DNA of 64,000 nt from Myxococcota bacterium (GTDB lineage: Bacteria > Myxococcota_A > UBA9160 > UBA4427), in the NCBI GenBank assembly GCA_965250285.1, contig OZ252299.1, forward strand, positions 3,520,001 to 3,584,000, read 5' to 3'. The position numbers and the translations under genes are program-made. Of the stretch, positions 39,192 through 49,594 are shown piece by piece. The notes beneath the pieces are model-generated. The model had not been told where the DNA came from. It did no database searches and saw only the letters and a list, made by a program, of their open reading frames with translations. The first letter of the stretch is position 1. Every line of letters starts with the position of its first letter.

Positions 39192-40121
39192 ATGCAGCTG
39201 CTGAACGAATCCACTGTCCTGCCCGAAGAGATCGACTCGCTTGGTCACATGAACGTGCGCCACTACATGACGCGCATGGAGCTGGCCAACCGCGCGCTGA
39301 TGGCCGAGCTGGGCATCGGCGAGGGCGCGCCGGCCGCGAGCTTCCTGCGTCGTACCGACACCTACACGCGCTTTCGCCGCGAGCAGTTCGAAGGCGCGAC
39401 GCTGCACGCGATCGGCGGCCTCCTCGGATTCGGCGAATGGGGGATGCGCAGCTACGTCGAGATCAAGAACCCCGATACTGAAGACGTCGCAGCCGCGTTC
39501 ATCGTCACGACGGCTCTCATCGACTCGGCGACGCGCCGCGCTCTGCCCATGCCGATGCCGGCGACGTCCGCGATCCGGGTCGAGGTGCCCGACTTCGCGC
39601 GTCCCCGCAGCCTGTCGCTCGACGCGGCGAACACGCCCGTCTCGCTCGAAGAGTTGGAGACCCGTGTGCCCGACACCGAGTTCGGGGGCACGGTGAGCGG
39701 CCGTCGCGAGCTCACCCTCGAGCCGCCCGACGTCGACGAGTCTGGCTGGCTTCGCCAGGACGTCGAGCTGATGTTCCTGCCCTTCGCCAGAATGGCTCAG
39801 GAGCCCGGAGTCACGCCGGGGCCGCCCGTATATGAAGCGTCGGATGGGCGACGCATCGGTTGGGCGGTCATGGAGACGCGCACGCAGAGCTTCGGGCAGC
39901 CGCGGCTCGGCGACGAACTCATCTATTTCAGCGCCGACCTGGCACTCGAAGAGAAGTCACGCACGTCGAGGCGCTGGGTCCTCGATCGACGCTCGGGGCA
40001 GCTGTTGGGCATCCACGACATGGTGGGCGTGTGCCTCGACCTCGACGCCCGGCGCGCCATCCCGTGGCCGGACGAGACGCGCGACGAGATCGAACGGCAT
40101 CTGCAGCCCGATCTCGCCTGA
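39192..40121 (+). CDS. Double hot-dog thioesterase family protein
   Basis: VLPEEIDSLGHMNVRHY, FRREQ, second domain ending CLDLDARRAIPWP. Confidence 0.8.
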   Translation: MQLLNESTVLPEEIDSLGHMNVRHYMTRMELANRALMAELGIGEGAPAASFLRRTDTYTRFRREQFEGATLHAIGGLLGFGEWGMRSYVEIKNPDTEDVAAAFIVTTALIDSATRRALPMPMPATSAIRVEVPDFARPRSLSLDAANTPVSLEELETRVPDTEFGGTVSGRRELTLEPPDVDESGWLRQDVELMFLPFARMAQEPGVTPGPPVYEASDGRRIGWAVMETRTQSFGQPRLGDELIYFSADLALEEKSRTSRRWVLDRRSGQLLGIHDMVGVCLDLDARRAIPWPDETRDEIERHLQPDLA

Positions 40122-40324
40122 CTTCGCCTCGAGGGGTGAGGCGAACCGGGGCTGATCGAGCCTTTTTCGAGACGATTGAAGGGGGAAGTTGCCGCGCGTC
40201 CCCATCTCGACCGAGGCCGAGCGCGAGGCTAGGGTCGCAGTCACTCGTCCGTGGCACGAACCGGCCCATCGCCGTGCATCGAGGCGACGGAGTGTCTCTG
40301 GCTGACCCTTCGATCGGGAGTCCC

Positions 40325-42697
40325 GTGAATCGCGAGCGCTTCTCCACCGAGCCGGTCTTCGCCCGGCTGGGTGTCGCCCTGGTGGCGCATCCCGTCCGCT
40401 GGCTGGTCGCCAGCCTCGTCGTCACCGGGCTGCTCGCCTCGCAGCTTCCGAAGCTCCACGTCGACACGTCGGTCGAGGGCATTCTGAACCCCGACTCGCC
40501 GGCGATCGGTCAGTACGCGGCGTTCAAGAATCGCTTCGGCAACGACATGATCTTCATGATCCTCGTCGAGACCGAGGACGCGTTCGCGCCGGCCTTCGTC
40601 GACGCGCTGCGACGCTTCCACGCCGCCCTGCGAGACGAGATCGAGACGGTCGACCGAGTCGACTCGCTGGTGAATGCGCGGCGCAGCTACACCGTCGACG
40701 GTGAGCTGCACATCGAGGCGCTCCTCGAGGACGCGCCGCTCGACGACCCCGCCGCCCTCGAAGTGCTGCGCGACTATGCATCCTCGAACACCACCTACCA
40801 GCGCTACCTGATCTCGGACGATCGCCAGCTCGTGAGCGTCATGGTGCGGCTCCTTCCGTTCCAGGTCACCGAAGACGAAGCTGGCCACGCGGTGCAGCGG
40901 CCGCTGCTCGAGGCCGATCTGGCGGTTGCATCGGCAGCCATCGACGAGATCGTCGAGCGGTTCGGTCGGGAGCTTTCCACCGAGGTGCACGTCGCCGGCG
41001 GACCACGCCTGCAGGTCGAGCAGGGCAAGATCTTCCAGGCCGACTTCGGCAATCTGACGACCCTCGCGATCGTCATCATTTCGGCGCTGCTCTACTGGGT
41101 CTTCCGAAGGCTCTCGGGCGTGCTGATCCCGATCACCGTCATGGTCTTCGGGCTCGTGGCGACGTTCAGCGCCATGCCGCTGCTCGGGGCGCCGATGCAG
41201 CTCACGTCCGCGATCCTGCCATGCTTCCTGCTGGCCGTCTGTGTCGGCGACAGCATCCATCTCCTCAATGCGTTCTTCGCGCGCTATGACGCCGGGGGCG
41301 ACAAGGCCGAGGCGCTGCAGAGCGCGCTCGTGCACACCGGGCCAGCGCTCCTGTTCACGACGCTCACGACGGCGGCGGGTCTGCTCACGTTCAGCACCTC
41401 GAACCTCTATCTCGTCGCGAACCTCGGGACCTTCGCGGCGATCGGTTCGGTGGCCGCGCTCGTCTACACCGTGGTGCTCGCGCCCGTTCTGATCGTGCTC
41501 TGCCCGCTGCGTCGCAGCCCCACGCCGAGGCGCGAGTCGACGATCTTTCATCGCTGGGTGGAGGGCTGCGTGCGGGCGGCCGTCGTGGCCCCCCGAGCCA
41601 TCAGCATCGGGGCGCTCGTCGCGTTCCTGGGCTTTTCCGCACTGGCCCTCCAGCTCGGTTTCAGCAACGACACGCTGTCCTGGCTCGATGCGGCGCACCC
41701 GACGCGCGTCGCCATGGCGAAGGCCGAGGATCGGCTGGGGGGGACGATCCCGCTCGAGATCGTGATCGATTCGGGTCAACCGGGGGGCGCCGCCGAACCC
41801 GCGCTGCTGCGGCGCCTCGATGCCTCGCTCGCCGAGTTCGCCGGTTGGCGGGAGGGACCCATCTGGGCGACGAAGACCACCGGGCTGCCCGAGGTGGTGC
41901 GCGAGATCAATCGTGTGCTCAACGACGGAGACGCAGCCCACGATCGCATCCCCGACGACCGTCAGGCCGTGCGGCAGGAGCTTCTTCTGCTCGAGATGGA
42001 CATGCCGGACAACCTCGTCCAATTCACCGACAGCGAGGTTCGCTATCTGCGCGCGTCGGTGATGGTGCCCTGGGGCGATTCGATCTTCATGCAGCCCTTC
42101 AGCGACCGTCTGGCGGATCATTTCGCGACCGAGTACCCGGAGTTCACGGTGACGCTGACGGGCGTGGGTGTCGTGCTGAGCCGCGTGTTCGTCGAGATGC
42201 TGCGCACCACGATTCAGAGCTACGTGATCGCGTTCATCGCGATCGCCGCCTTGCTGGTCCTGCTCATGGGCGATTGGCGCATGGGCCTGGCGAGCCTGCT
42301 GCCGAACCTGCTTCCGATCGCCATCGTCCTCGGCTCGATGCAGCTGCTCGGGGGGGCGCTCGACATGTTCAGCCTGATGGTCGGTTCGATCGCGCTGGGC
42401 ATCACCGTCGACGACACGGTGCACTTCATTCACCACTTCCGCCGAAACCTCGACGTCTTCCCCGACACGGAGGGGGCGGTGAGAGAGACGCTGCGCACGA
42501 CCGGGCGGGCAATGACGATCACGAGCGTCGCGCTCGCCCTGGGCTTCTTGTCGTTCGGGGCGAGCGATCTCCTCAACCTGAGGAGCTTCGGCCTGGTCAC
42601 GACGGCGTGCGTCGTTCTGGCTCTGCTGGCGAACTTCGTCGTCGCGCCGGCTCTGATGGTCTCGCTGCTCGGCCAGGCGAAGCGCGTCAGCGCGTAG
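40325..42697 (+). CDS. RND superfamily, MMPL-type transporter
   Basis: Duplicated TM modules with AVCVGDSIHL and GITVDDTVHF, LTTAAGL; start uncertain (40292 or 40325). Confidence 0.9.
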   Translation: MNRERFSTEPVFARLGVALVAHPVRWLVASLVVTGLLASQLPKLHVDTSVEGILNPDSPAIGQYAAFKNRFGNDMIFMILVETEDAFAPAFVDALRRFHAALRDEIETVDRVDSLVNARRSYTVDGELHIEALLEDAPLDDPAALEVLRDYASSNTTYQRYLISDDRQLVSVMVRLLPFQVTEDEAGHAVQRPLLEADLAVASAAIDEIVERFGRELSTEVHVAGGPRLQVEQGKIFQADFGNLTTLAIVIISALLYWVFRRLSGVLIPITVMVFGLVATFSAMPLLGAPMQLTSAILPCFLLAVCVGDSIHLLNAFFARYDAGGDKAEALQSALVHTGPALLFTTLTTAAGLLTFSTSNLYLVANLGTFAAIGSVAALVYTVVLAPVLIVLCPLRRSPTPRRESTIFHRWVEGCVRAAVVAPRAISIGALVAFLGFSALALQLGFSNDTLSWLDAAHPTRVAMAKAEDRLGGTIPLEIVIDSGQPGGAAEPALLRRLDASLAEFAGWREGPIWATKTTGLPEVVREINRVLNDGDAAHDRIPDDRQAVRQELLLLEMDMPDNLVQFTDSEVRYLRASVMVPWGDSIFMQPFSDRLADHFATEYPEFTVTLTGVGVVLSRVFVEMLRTTIQSYVIAFIAIAALLVLLMGDWRMGLASLLPNLLPIAIVLGSMQLLGGALDMFSLMVGSIALGITVDDTVHFIHHFRRNLDVFPDTEGAVRETLRTTGRAMTITSVALALGFLSFGASDLLNLRSFGLVTTACVVLALLANFVVAPALMVSLLGQAKRVSA

Positions 42698-42716
42698 CGC
42701 GTCAGCGCGTAGCGCG
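42681..42716. repeat. 15-bp tandem duplication at a convergent gene junction
   Basis: AGCGCGTCAGCGCGT x2 plus partial AGCGCG. Confidence 0.8.
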
Positions 42717-44483
42717 CGGCTTCTGCGGAATCTCGAAGAAAGCGCGCAGATAGTCGTTCAGGAAGACGCCGTCCGGGTCGACGTCGTCGCGCACGGCGAG
42801 GAACCGGCTCCACGTGTCGGCGTCGCGGTACTGCTGGCGCAGATAGCTCCGCATGCCGCCTTCGGGAAAGTCGGGATGCGGCCATTCCTGACACGGCTTG
42901 GCCTGGTGGCATCGCACCTGGCGCCCCAACGCCTTGTGAGACGTCGTCATGACCTCGTTTGCGCGCTGTGCGAATGCCTCCCAAGCGGGGTGGCCGGCTG
43001 AGGTCACGAGCTCGGGGGCGGCGTAGCGAATCTCGTCGCGGCCCTCGGCGGATTGATAGGCCGGGCTCATGAGGGCCGGGCTCGCCGCGAGCGTGCGCAT
43101 CTCGACCGCGCTCGCGATGGGATTCGATCGCGGGTCGAGCGGCGAATAGCGGTCGAACGCATCCACGACGAGGTCATGGAGCTGGGCGAACGACTGCCGC
43201 ACGCGCTCCCAGCCTTCGCGGTCGTCGAGCGGGGCGCTCGGGCGGAAGGGCACGCTCCATTCGCTCGCCATGGCCGGCATGTACTCGACGCCGGCCGCGT
43301 TCACGAAGTGATTCGCGTCGTACTGGGGCATGACGAAGCGACCTGAGCGCGCGCGCACCCAGAGGTTCGTGAAGCAGCTGAAGTAGGTGAGAATGACCGA
43401 GGCACGGGGAAAGCGTCGGGCGGTTCGAAAGACGAGGCCGCCCGTGAGCATGCTGGCGAAGTCGATGACCTGGAGGTGCAGGAACCGGGTCAGTCGACCG
43501 CGCGGGACAGCATCCGCAGGCACGTCGCGCTTCGTCGCCAGCACCCAGAACTCGGTGTTGATCGTCGGCTTCGAGAGAAAGGGCAGACCGCTGAAGCAGA
43601 AGGGCCACCAGAAGACTTCGACCGAGGTGTGCTCCTCGTGTAGCCGGCGCAGGTTCTCGCGCGCTTCGTCGGTGTCGGCGAAGTAGTCCTCGTACCGGTA
43701 GGTCTGGGCGATGTGGAGCGCCTCGTAGCGCGGCTCGACCTCGAAGGTGATGTCGTAGATCAGACCGAGGCAGCCGAGGCTGCACTGAATCGCCGCGAGC
43801 TCGTCTTCGGAGGCGGTGTCACGGTTCCAGCGCCGCACCTCGCCGAGGCCGTCGACGAAGGTCATGCCCACGACCATGTCGGACACCGACCCGATGTCGA
43901 TCCCCGCGCCATGGGTCGCGGTGGCGGCCATGCCGCCGAGCGTGAAGCAATCCTCGAACGCGCTCGCCGGCATCGAGTAGCCCTGCTCCCAGAGCCAGCC
44001 CTCGAACTCGGAGGAGAGCAGGCCCGGGGGCACAGTGGCCAGCGCCTTGCCGCCGGGCTCCCGCGGCGGCTCGAGTCGCAGGTTGAACCAGCCGCCCGTC
44101 GAGTTGATCAGGCGGTTATCGACGACGTAGCCGTCGTCATTCGGCACGAGCGAGGCCCACGAATGCGACGACCCGAAGACGCGAACCGACACGCCCTCGC
44201 GTCGCGCGTCGCGCACGATCTGCTGGAGGTCTTCGAGAGAGCGAGGCGAAGGCCACGGGCCACGGGAGTCGTCGCAGTAGAGGCGACGCGGCTCGCTCGT
44301 GAGCTCTTCGCTCCAGTTGTGCCAACCACGGCGGGTCACCCGAATCGTCGAGTGGACCCACGGCAACCCGCGGCGGCGCGCCCGGATGCCCCGCCTGCGC
44401 TCACGGCGTTCGGCTGAGTGGATGTAGCTGGCTGCGAGTCCGATGATCGCAGCGGCCAGAAGAACAAAGACGAGGTATGACAC
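42702..44483 (-). CDS. FAD-linked oxidase (aldonolactone oxidase-like) with N-terminal TM anchor
   Basis: WHNWS, VRVFGSSHSW, FTLGGMAATATHG, SLGCLGLI, VDPDGVFLNDYL; start re-picked at GTG 44483. Confidence 0.82.
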   Translation of the reverse strand: MSYLVFVLLAAAIIGLAASYIHSAERRERRRGIRARRRGLPWVHSTIRVTRRGWHNWSEELTSEPRRLYCDDSRGPWPSPRSLEDLQQIVRDARREGVSVRVFGSSHSWASLVPNDDGYVVDNRLINSTGGWFNLRLEPPREPGGKALATVPPGLLSSEFEGWLWEQGYSMPASAFEDCFTLGGMAATATHGAGIDIGSVSDMVVGMTFVDGLGEVRRWNRDTASEDELAAIQCSLGCLGLIYDITFEVEPRYEALHIAQTYRYEDYFADTDEARENLRRLHEEHTSVEVFWWPFCFSGLPFLSKPTINTEFWVLATKRDVPADAVPRGRLTRFLHLQVIDFASMLTGGLVFRTARRFPRASVILTYFSCFTNLWVRARSGRFVMPQYDANHFVNAAGVEYMPAMASEWSVPFRPSAPLDDREGWERVRQSFAQLHDLVVDAFDRYSPLDPRSNPIASAVEMRTLAASPALMSPAYQSAEGRDEIRYAAPELVTSAGHPAWEAFAQRANEVMTTSHKALGRQVRCHQAKPCQEWPHPDFPEGGMRSYLRQQYRDADTWSRFLAVRDDVDPDGVFLNDYLRAFFEIPQKPRATR

Positions 44484-45424
44484 GTGCTCAGGCTCGCTCC
44501 CTGGATGTTGCCGGCATACACACACACGGTGATTCATTGCCGATTTCAAGAGAACTCCGTCGACCAATACCGCGCTGTGTTTGTGATAGGTGGCAAGGCG
44601 TCCCGGCTTGGCGGCCGATGCGAACGCGCCCATCTCTCACGGTCGTCGAGTGCTTCGAGGTGCGGCCGCCGTGCGAAGGCATCGGCCATCGCGCTGTTCG
44701 AGGCCGATCGTGCTGCGGACCGGTACACGCGAGCGCGAGCGCGCCGCAAAGGTGAGCGCTGCTGCGTTGCTTCGCGTTTGCCGAGGGCTCCGGCTCGACG
44801 CGTGGCCGGTCGATCGACACACCCGCGACGGTGAACGGGCTGACATGCGCGACCGCGCGAAGGCAACCGAGCCGATACCTGAGCAACGTCAGGCCCAGCA
44901 GGGGGCCGAACCCCGTCAGACCCCTGCTCGACATCGTTCGGTGTGATTGGTCCTCCGGTAGACAACGTGGGTTGAAACTCCGACCCAAGGCGGCCGGATC
45001 AAAGCGTGTCCAGCTGATCCCCCGAACGTGCAGCCGAGATCGCGCACTCGTTCCCCAGCTGCCGAGGGCCAGGGCGAGGCCAAGCAGGAGGTGACACGCG
45101 GCGGCGGGGCTCGGGAAGGTTCGGGTCGACTCGCGCATCGAGGCTCATCCTGGCTGCGACGCATGCGGCTGGAAGCCGGCTCGGTGACGAGCGGCGCCTG
45201 ACGCTCGACGCCTCCGCCCGAATGCGATGGAACGGAGAGCGATGCGATCCTACGACCACATCGCCGGCGTTTCGTGACCGAAGGGGGGATCACACGGCGT
45301 CTGCACGAAATTCGCACGAATCCGATGCGAGGATCCCGCCCGCGTGAGGCGAGCCGCCCGAGGCGACGCGCTGCGGCGGGGGCGCTGGGCCGGACTCAGC
45401 GCACGGCGACGTGCGCGCGGTGCG

Positions 45425-48331
45425 TCACTCGGCCAGGGCGGCGTGCGCCTCGGTGACGAGCGGAACGTCTTGACCGTCGATGTCCGCGAGCAGCCGGTCG
45501 AGCTCGGCCCGAGCGTGACGTCGCTGCTTCGCGGTCTGGGCGAGTCGCGCCAGCCCCACCGCGGCCCCCAGCCCCTGGGTCGGTGCGCCGATCGCCGACG
45601 CGACGGCGATCCCCTTGCCGTAGGCGGCCTCGGCCTCGCGTCGCTGGTGCGCCGCCTCGGTTCCCGGCCGTGCCAGCAGCAGATCCCCATGCACCTGGTG
45701 GAGCGCGGGCTCGCTCCCTCGCTCGCCCGAAGACGCGGCGATCGCGAGCCCCGCCGCGACGGCCGCGAGCCCCGCCTCGACGTCCCCGTTGAGCGCGTGC
45801 GTCTCGGCGAGCATCGCCTGCCAGAGCGGCATCCCCATCTGCGCGCCGGCCCCCTCGAGCAGGGCGATCCCCTGGCTCGCCTGTTGGGCGCCCGCCGCAG
45901 CGTCGCCCTGCTGCGCGGCGATCCACCCCTGCACGATCAGGGTCGCGGGCACGAAGAAGGGGAAGCCCTTTTCGATGCTCATCGAGAGGCAATGGTCCGC
46001 GGCCGCCTTCGCGCCGTCGACATCGCGAAAGAGCTGGCGGAGCGTCATCGCGTAGTAGCTCGCATGCACCTCGCTCGGCAGGTGCTCATGATGTCGGGCC
46101 AGCTCGATCGCGCGGGCCTCCCACTCGAGCGCCCTGCCGAGTTGGCCGAGCGCACCGAAGACGAGGCTGCCGCAGCCCAGGGCGTTGACGCCGTGGTCGG
46201 TCACCACGGCTTGCATGGACGGGCCGTGCAGGGTCGGGTCGTACGCCTCGATGCACGTCTCGACGAGTTGTCCGGCTCTCTGCGGCTGACCGATCGAAAG
46301 GTTCGAGATCGAAAGACAGAGCGTCGCCACGACCCGATCGAGGGCATCGCCCGTGGCGCCGGCGAACTCGACCTGCTGCGTGGCGATTCGAATCGCCTCG
46401 GCGTGATCGCCGCGCAGCTCGTAGTACGAATGCAGTCCATTCAACACCGTCTGCGCTTCGGGCGCGAAGGCGTGAAGCTCGCCCGAGAGCTCGGCTGCAC
46501 GCTCGTAGACCCGGTGGACCTCCGCGTCGACGTACCCGACCGTGAGCGACAACGCGCGGCCGAGGCGCGCGAGCAGCGAACACTCACGCTGGGTGCGGTT
46601 CTCGTCGTTCTCGAGCCGTCGAAGCAACGACAGCGCGTGGCGAAACTGCTCGATCGCTGCCTCGTGCTCGCTGCGCTGCATCGATTGCTCGCCGGTTCGC
46701 TCGAGGTACATGACCGCGCGTTCGAAGTCGCCGCCGCGCTCGAAGTGCATCGCGAGCGCGGCGGCGATGGGAGACGCATCGCCGGCGTGCAGCGCTTCGA
46801 GGTGGGAGCCCAGCGCCAGGTGAAGCCGCTCCCTCCGCGGCGCCGACAGCCGGTCGTAGAGGAACTCCTGGTAGATCGAGTGCACGAAGTTCCGGTTCGC
46901 GCCATCGACTTCGACGATGCCGTGCTCGCGGGCGACGCGGAGCAAGGCTGCGTCGAAGTCGGCCTGATCGGCGTCGAACGCAGCGAGGCTCGTGGCCGAG
47001 AAAGCGAGGCCCGCGACGCTCGCCGTCTCGAGCACGTGCTGGTCTTCGCGCGTCAACTGCCCCAGCTGGAACTCGACCATCTGGCGCACGCCCAGGGGCA
47101 TCTCCTGGCGCGCGTAGTCGCGGGCGAGCCGCCAGCCTTCGGGGGAGCGCTCGAGGCTCCCGTTTCGGACCATCTCAGAGACCTGGCTCACCATGATCAA
47201 TGGGTTGCCTTCGCTTCGCGAGTAGACGAAGCGAGACAGGTGCGCCGGGACGTCGAAGTCGTCGAGCCGCGTCCCGAGGTAGTCGCCGACCTCCTGCTCG
47301 CTCAAGAGCTGTAGCGGCAGGTCGGTGCACAGATCGTGGAGTGCGAGCTCCGCACGGAGGGACACCAGCTGTGCGAGATCTTTGCGGGCGCCGCTCGCCG
47401 CGACGGGCCGATGCGTCCCGATGATCATGAGCCGCGCGGGCTCGGTGCGCCGAGCCAGCACGTCGATCGCGTTGAGGGTCGCGGCATCGCTCCAGTGCAG
47501 ATCCTCGAGCAGGATCACCAGCGGCCACTCGGCACTCAGGGCCTCGAGGGCGCGCGAGAGCTCGAGCAGCATCCGATCGCGATCGACGCGAATCACGCTC
47601 GCGCGCACCCGCTGCAGGTCGGCGGGCTTGAGCAAGCCGGGCATCTCGACTAGCCAGGTCGGAGCGAAGCGCTCGAGCAGCTCGACGGCTCGGTCCCCGC
47701 CTGGCTGCTCGCAGAGCCGCTGCAGTGCCTCGAGGATCGTCAGGTACGAATCGAACGCACCGGGCCCGTGAGTGCACTGGCCGTGGGTCACGCGAACCCC
47801 CGCGTCCGTGGCCGCCTCGCCGAGGAACGCCTGAGTCAGGGTGGTCTTGCCGATGCCCGGCTCTCCCGAGACGAAGAGCACCTGCCGCCTTCCGCTTCGG
47901 GCGACATCGAGCGCCGAGCGCAGCCGATCGAGATCCTCGTCGCGACCGACGAGTGCGGCCTGCGAAGCGGTCCTCGGGCCTGGGCGAGACAGTGTCGGCT
48001 CCAACCCTTCCGCCTGCTCGACCTCGGCGATGAAGCGATAGCCCCTCCCGTGAACCGTCTCGACGAAGCGCGGAGCGCGCCCATCGTCGGAGAGGGCGCG
48101 CCGCAGCTCGCGCAGCGTGCTGCGGAGGGTGTCGGGGCTGATGCGGGTGTCGAGCCAGACGCGGTCGAGCAGCTCCTCTTTCGAGACCAGCTGACCCGGG
48201 TGCGAGAGCAAGAAACCGAGCATCGCGCTCGTGCGCGCGGTGAGCGGCACCTCTTCGTCGCCGCGCCACAGCCGCTCGCCGTCGCGGTCGTAGCGAAAAC
48301 CTTCGAAGTGGATGAGACGGGCTCGGGACAT
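45425..48331 (-). CDS. Winged-HTH (OmpR/CadC-type) + STAND AAA ATPase + TPR-like regulator
   Basis: LVSKEELLDRVW, ETVHGRGYRF, LVGR, Walker A GEPGIGKT, Walker B LLEDLHW, SEGNPL, helical repeats. Confidence 0.9.
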   Translation of the reverse strand: MSRARLIHFEGFRYDRDGERLWRGDEEVPLTARTSAMLGFLLSHPGQLVSKEELLDRVWLDTRISPDTLRSTLRELRRALSDDGRAPRFVETVHGRGYRFIAEVEQAEGLEPTLSRPGPRTASQAALVGRDEDLDRLRSALDVARSGRRQVLFVSGEPGIGKTTLTQAFLGEAATDAGVRVTHGQCTHGPGAFDSYLTILEALQRLCEQPGGDRAVELLERFAPTWLVEMPGLLKPADLQRVRASVIRVDRDRMLLELSRALEALSAEWPLVILLEDLHWSDAATLNAIDVLARRTEPARLMIIGTHRPVAASGARKDLAQLVSLRAELALHDLCTDLPLQLLSEQEVGDYLGTRLDDFDVPAHLSRFVYSRSEGNPLIMVSQVSEMVRNGSLERSPEGWRLARDYARQEMPLGVRQMVEFQLGQLTREDQHVLETASVAGLAFSATSLAAFDADQADFDAALLRVAREHGIVEVDGANRNFVHSIYQEFLYDRLSAPRRERLHLALGSHLEALHAGDASPIAAALAMHFERGGDFERAVMYLERTGEQSMQRSEHEAAIEQFRHALSLLRRLENDENRTQRECSLLARLGRALSLTVGYVDAEVHRVYERAAELSGELHAFAPEAQTVLNGLHSYYELRGDHAEAIRIATQQVEFAGATGDALDRVVATLCLSISNLSIGQPQRAGQLVETCIEAYDPTLHGPSMQAVVTDHGVNALGCGSLVFGALGQLGRALEWEARAIELARHHEHLPSEVHASYYAMTLRQLFRDVDGAKAAADHCLSMSIEKGFPFFVPATLIVQGWIAAQQGDAAAGAQQASQGIALLEGAGAQMGMPLWQAMLAETHALNGDVEAGLAAVAAGLAIAASSGERGSEPALHQVHGDLLLARPGTEAAHQRREAEAAYGKGIAVASAIGAPTQGLGAAVGLARLAQTAKQRRHARAELDRLLADIDGQDVPLVTEAHAALAE

Positions 48332-48953
48332 CTCGCTGGAGCGCTACCGGAGGCGTCGCGTGCCGTTGTCGGTGTCGGGGCGCTCGCGCATCGCGATCAT
48401 TCTCTCATGGCTCGCGAGGGCAGACAAGGTCGACGACACGCCCGGAGGACGGGCCGCCGCAGCAGCGTCGGCGTCGGCCTTCGATCGACACGCGGGGCTT
48501 CGTCTGCGTCACCGTCCGCGCTGCGCTGGTGCGCATCGAGACTCGTCGCGCATCATGGCTTCCTGAGGACGCTTCGAGCTGCGGCTTGAATCGAGCTGCA
48601 CCGTAGCCCGCCAGTGAACGGCTCTCGCGCGTTTCCGGGTCGCACGCTGACCCGGGCTCTTCAGAATCGACACGGCGTACCTCGGACGAGTGTCCCGCGC
48701 CCATTCGGCCGGAACTCAGGGTCGGAGATCGGTGTGCGACACCCGAGTGCGTGCCGTTCTCTGCACGGCCAGCGACTCGGCTCGCCTCCCCCGCTCCGTC
48801 CCGCGAAATGCCGCCACCTACGACCTGAGTCGCCGTTTGATCGAGGGCTTGCCTGAGGCTTCGAACCGGAGGGTCGCGGCTTCGGTCGCCGAGCCCAAGG
48901 CGAAGCACGTCGGCAGGCGATCACGCAGTCGCATCGGAGCACCGCGAGGGCCT

Positions 48954-49562
48954 TCAGCGCTCGTCGGTGTACGGCCTGAGCAGGGCCTCCATGCTGCGCA
49001 CCCCTTCGCGGATGAAGGCTTCCTTCTTCTTGGCCGATCGAGAGCTGAGCCAGCCGCGGTACGTCGCCTGCACGACGGCGTACTGGAACTCAGCGAGGAT
49101 GGCGGGCTGCGCAGGCAGTGCACGCGGGTCGCCGGTCGAAGCTCGAATCGTCGCTTCGATGGCCGGAACGATGAGCTCGGGCAGCGTCGGGATGCCGTGT
49201 TCCTGCAGCAGGGGCGCGCTGGAGTCGACGAGGGCGAAGAAGCGACGGTCTCGATCCGCGAAAGCGATGAGGGCGCGGACGATCTGCTCTGCCTGCGGAC
49301 GGCCCTGATCGCGAGGCGCGAACTCGGCGATCGCATCGCGGGCATACGACTCGGTGAGCGCCCGAAAGATCCCGAACTTCGAACCGAACTGGTGGTAGAG
49401 GATCCCCTCCGATACACCGGAGCGCTGAACGATCTGCTTCGTGGTCGTCTTCTCGAACCCGTTGGCAACAAAGAGCTCGCGGGCGGCCTTCAGGAGGCGC
49501 TCGCGCTTCTCTTTCGGGTCACGGCGACGCGGCGCGTCCTTCAGGGTGTGAGCGGCGCTCAA
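48954..49562 (-). CDS. TetR/AcrR family regulator
   Basis: LLKAARELFVANGFEKTTTKQI..SGVSEGILYHQFGSK. Confidence 0.9.
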   Translation of the reverse strand: MSAAHTLKDAPRRRDPKEKRERLLKAARELFVANGFEKTTTKQIVQRSGVSEGILYHQFGSKFGIFRALTESYARDAIAEFAPRDQGRPQAEQIVRALIAFADRDRRFFALVDSSAPLLQEHGIPTLPELIVPAIEATIRASTGDPRALPAQPAILAEFQYAVVQATYRGWLSSRSAKKKEAFIREGVRSMEALLRPYTDER

Positions 49563-49594
49563 GCCTCTGCCTCCACGTTCGGCGAATCAGCGCG

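Noticed and set aside
45425..48331. STAND ATPase as an Avs-type antiphage system
   Set aside because: The N-terminal domain is a DNA-binding wHTH rather than a nuclease or other effector, and there is no defence context; a transcriptional regulator is more likely.
48332..48953. Small ORFs upstream of the STAND regulator (e.g. 48405-48908)
   Set aside because: No motif, RBS or coding-like codon pattern that I can support.
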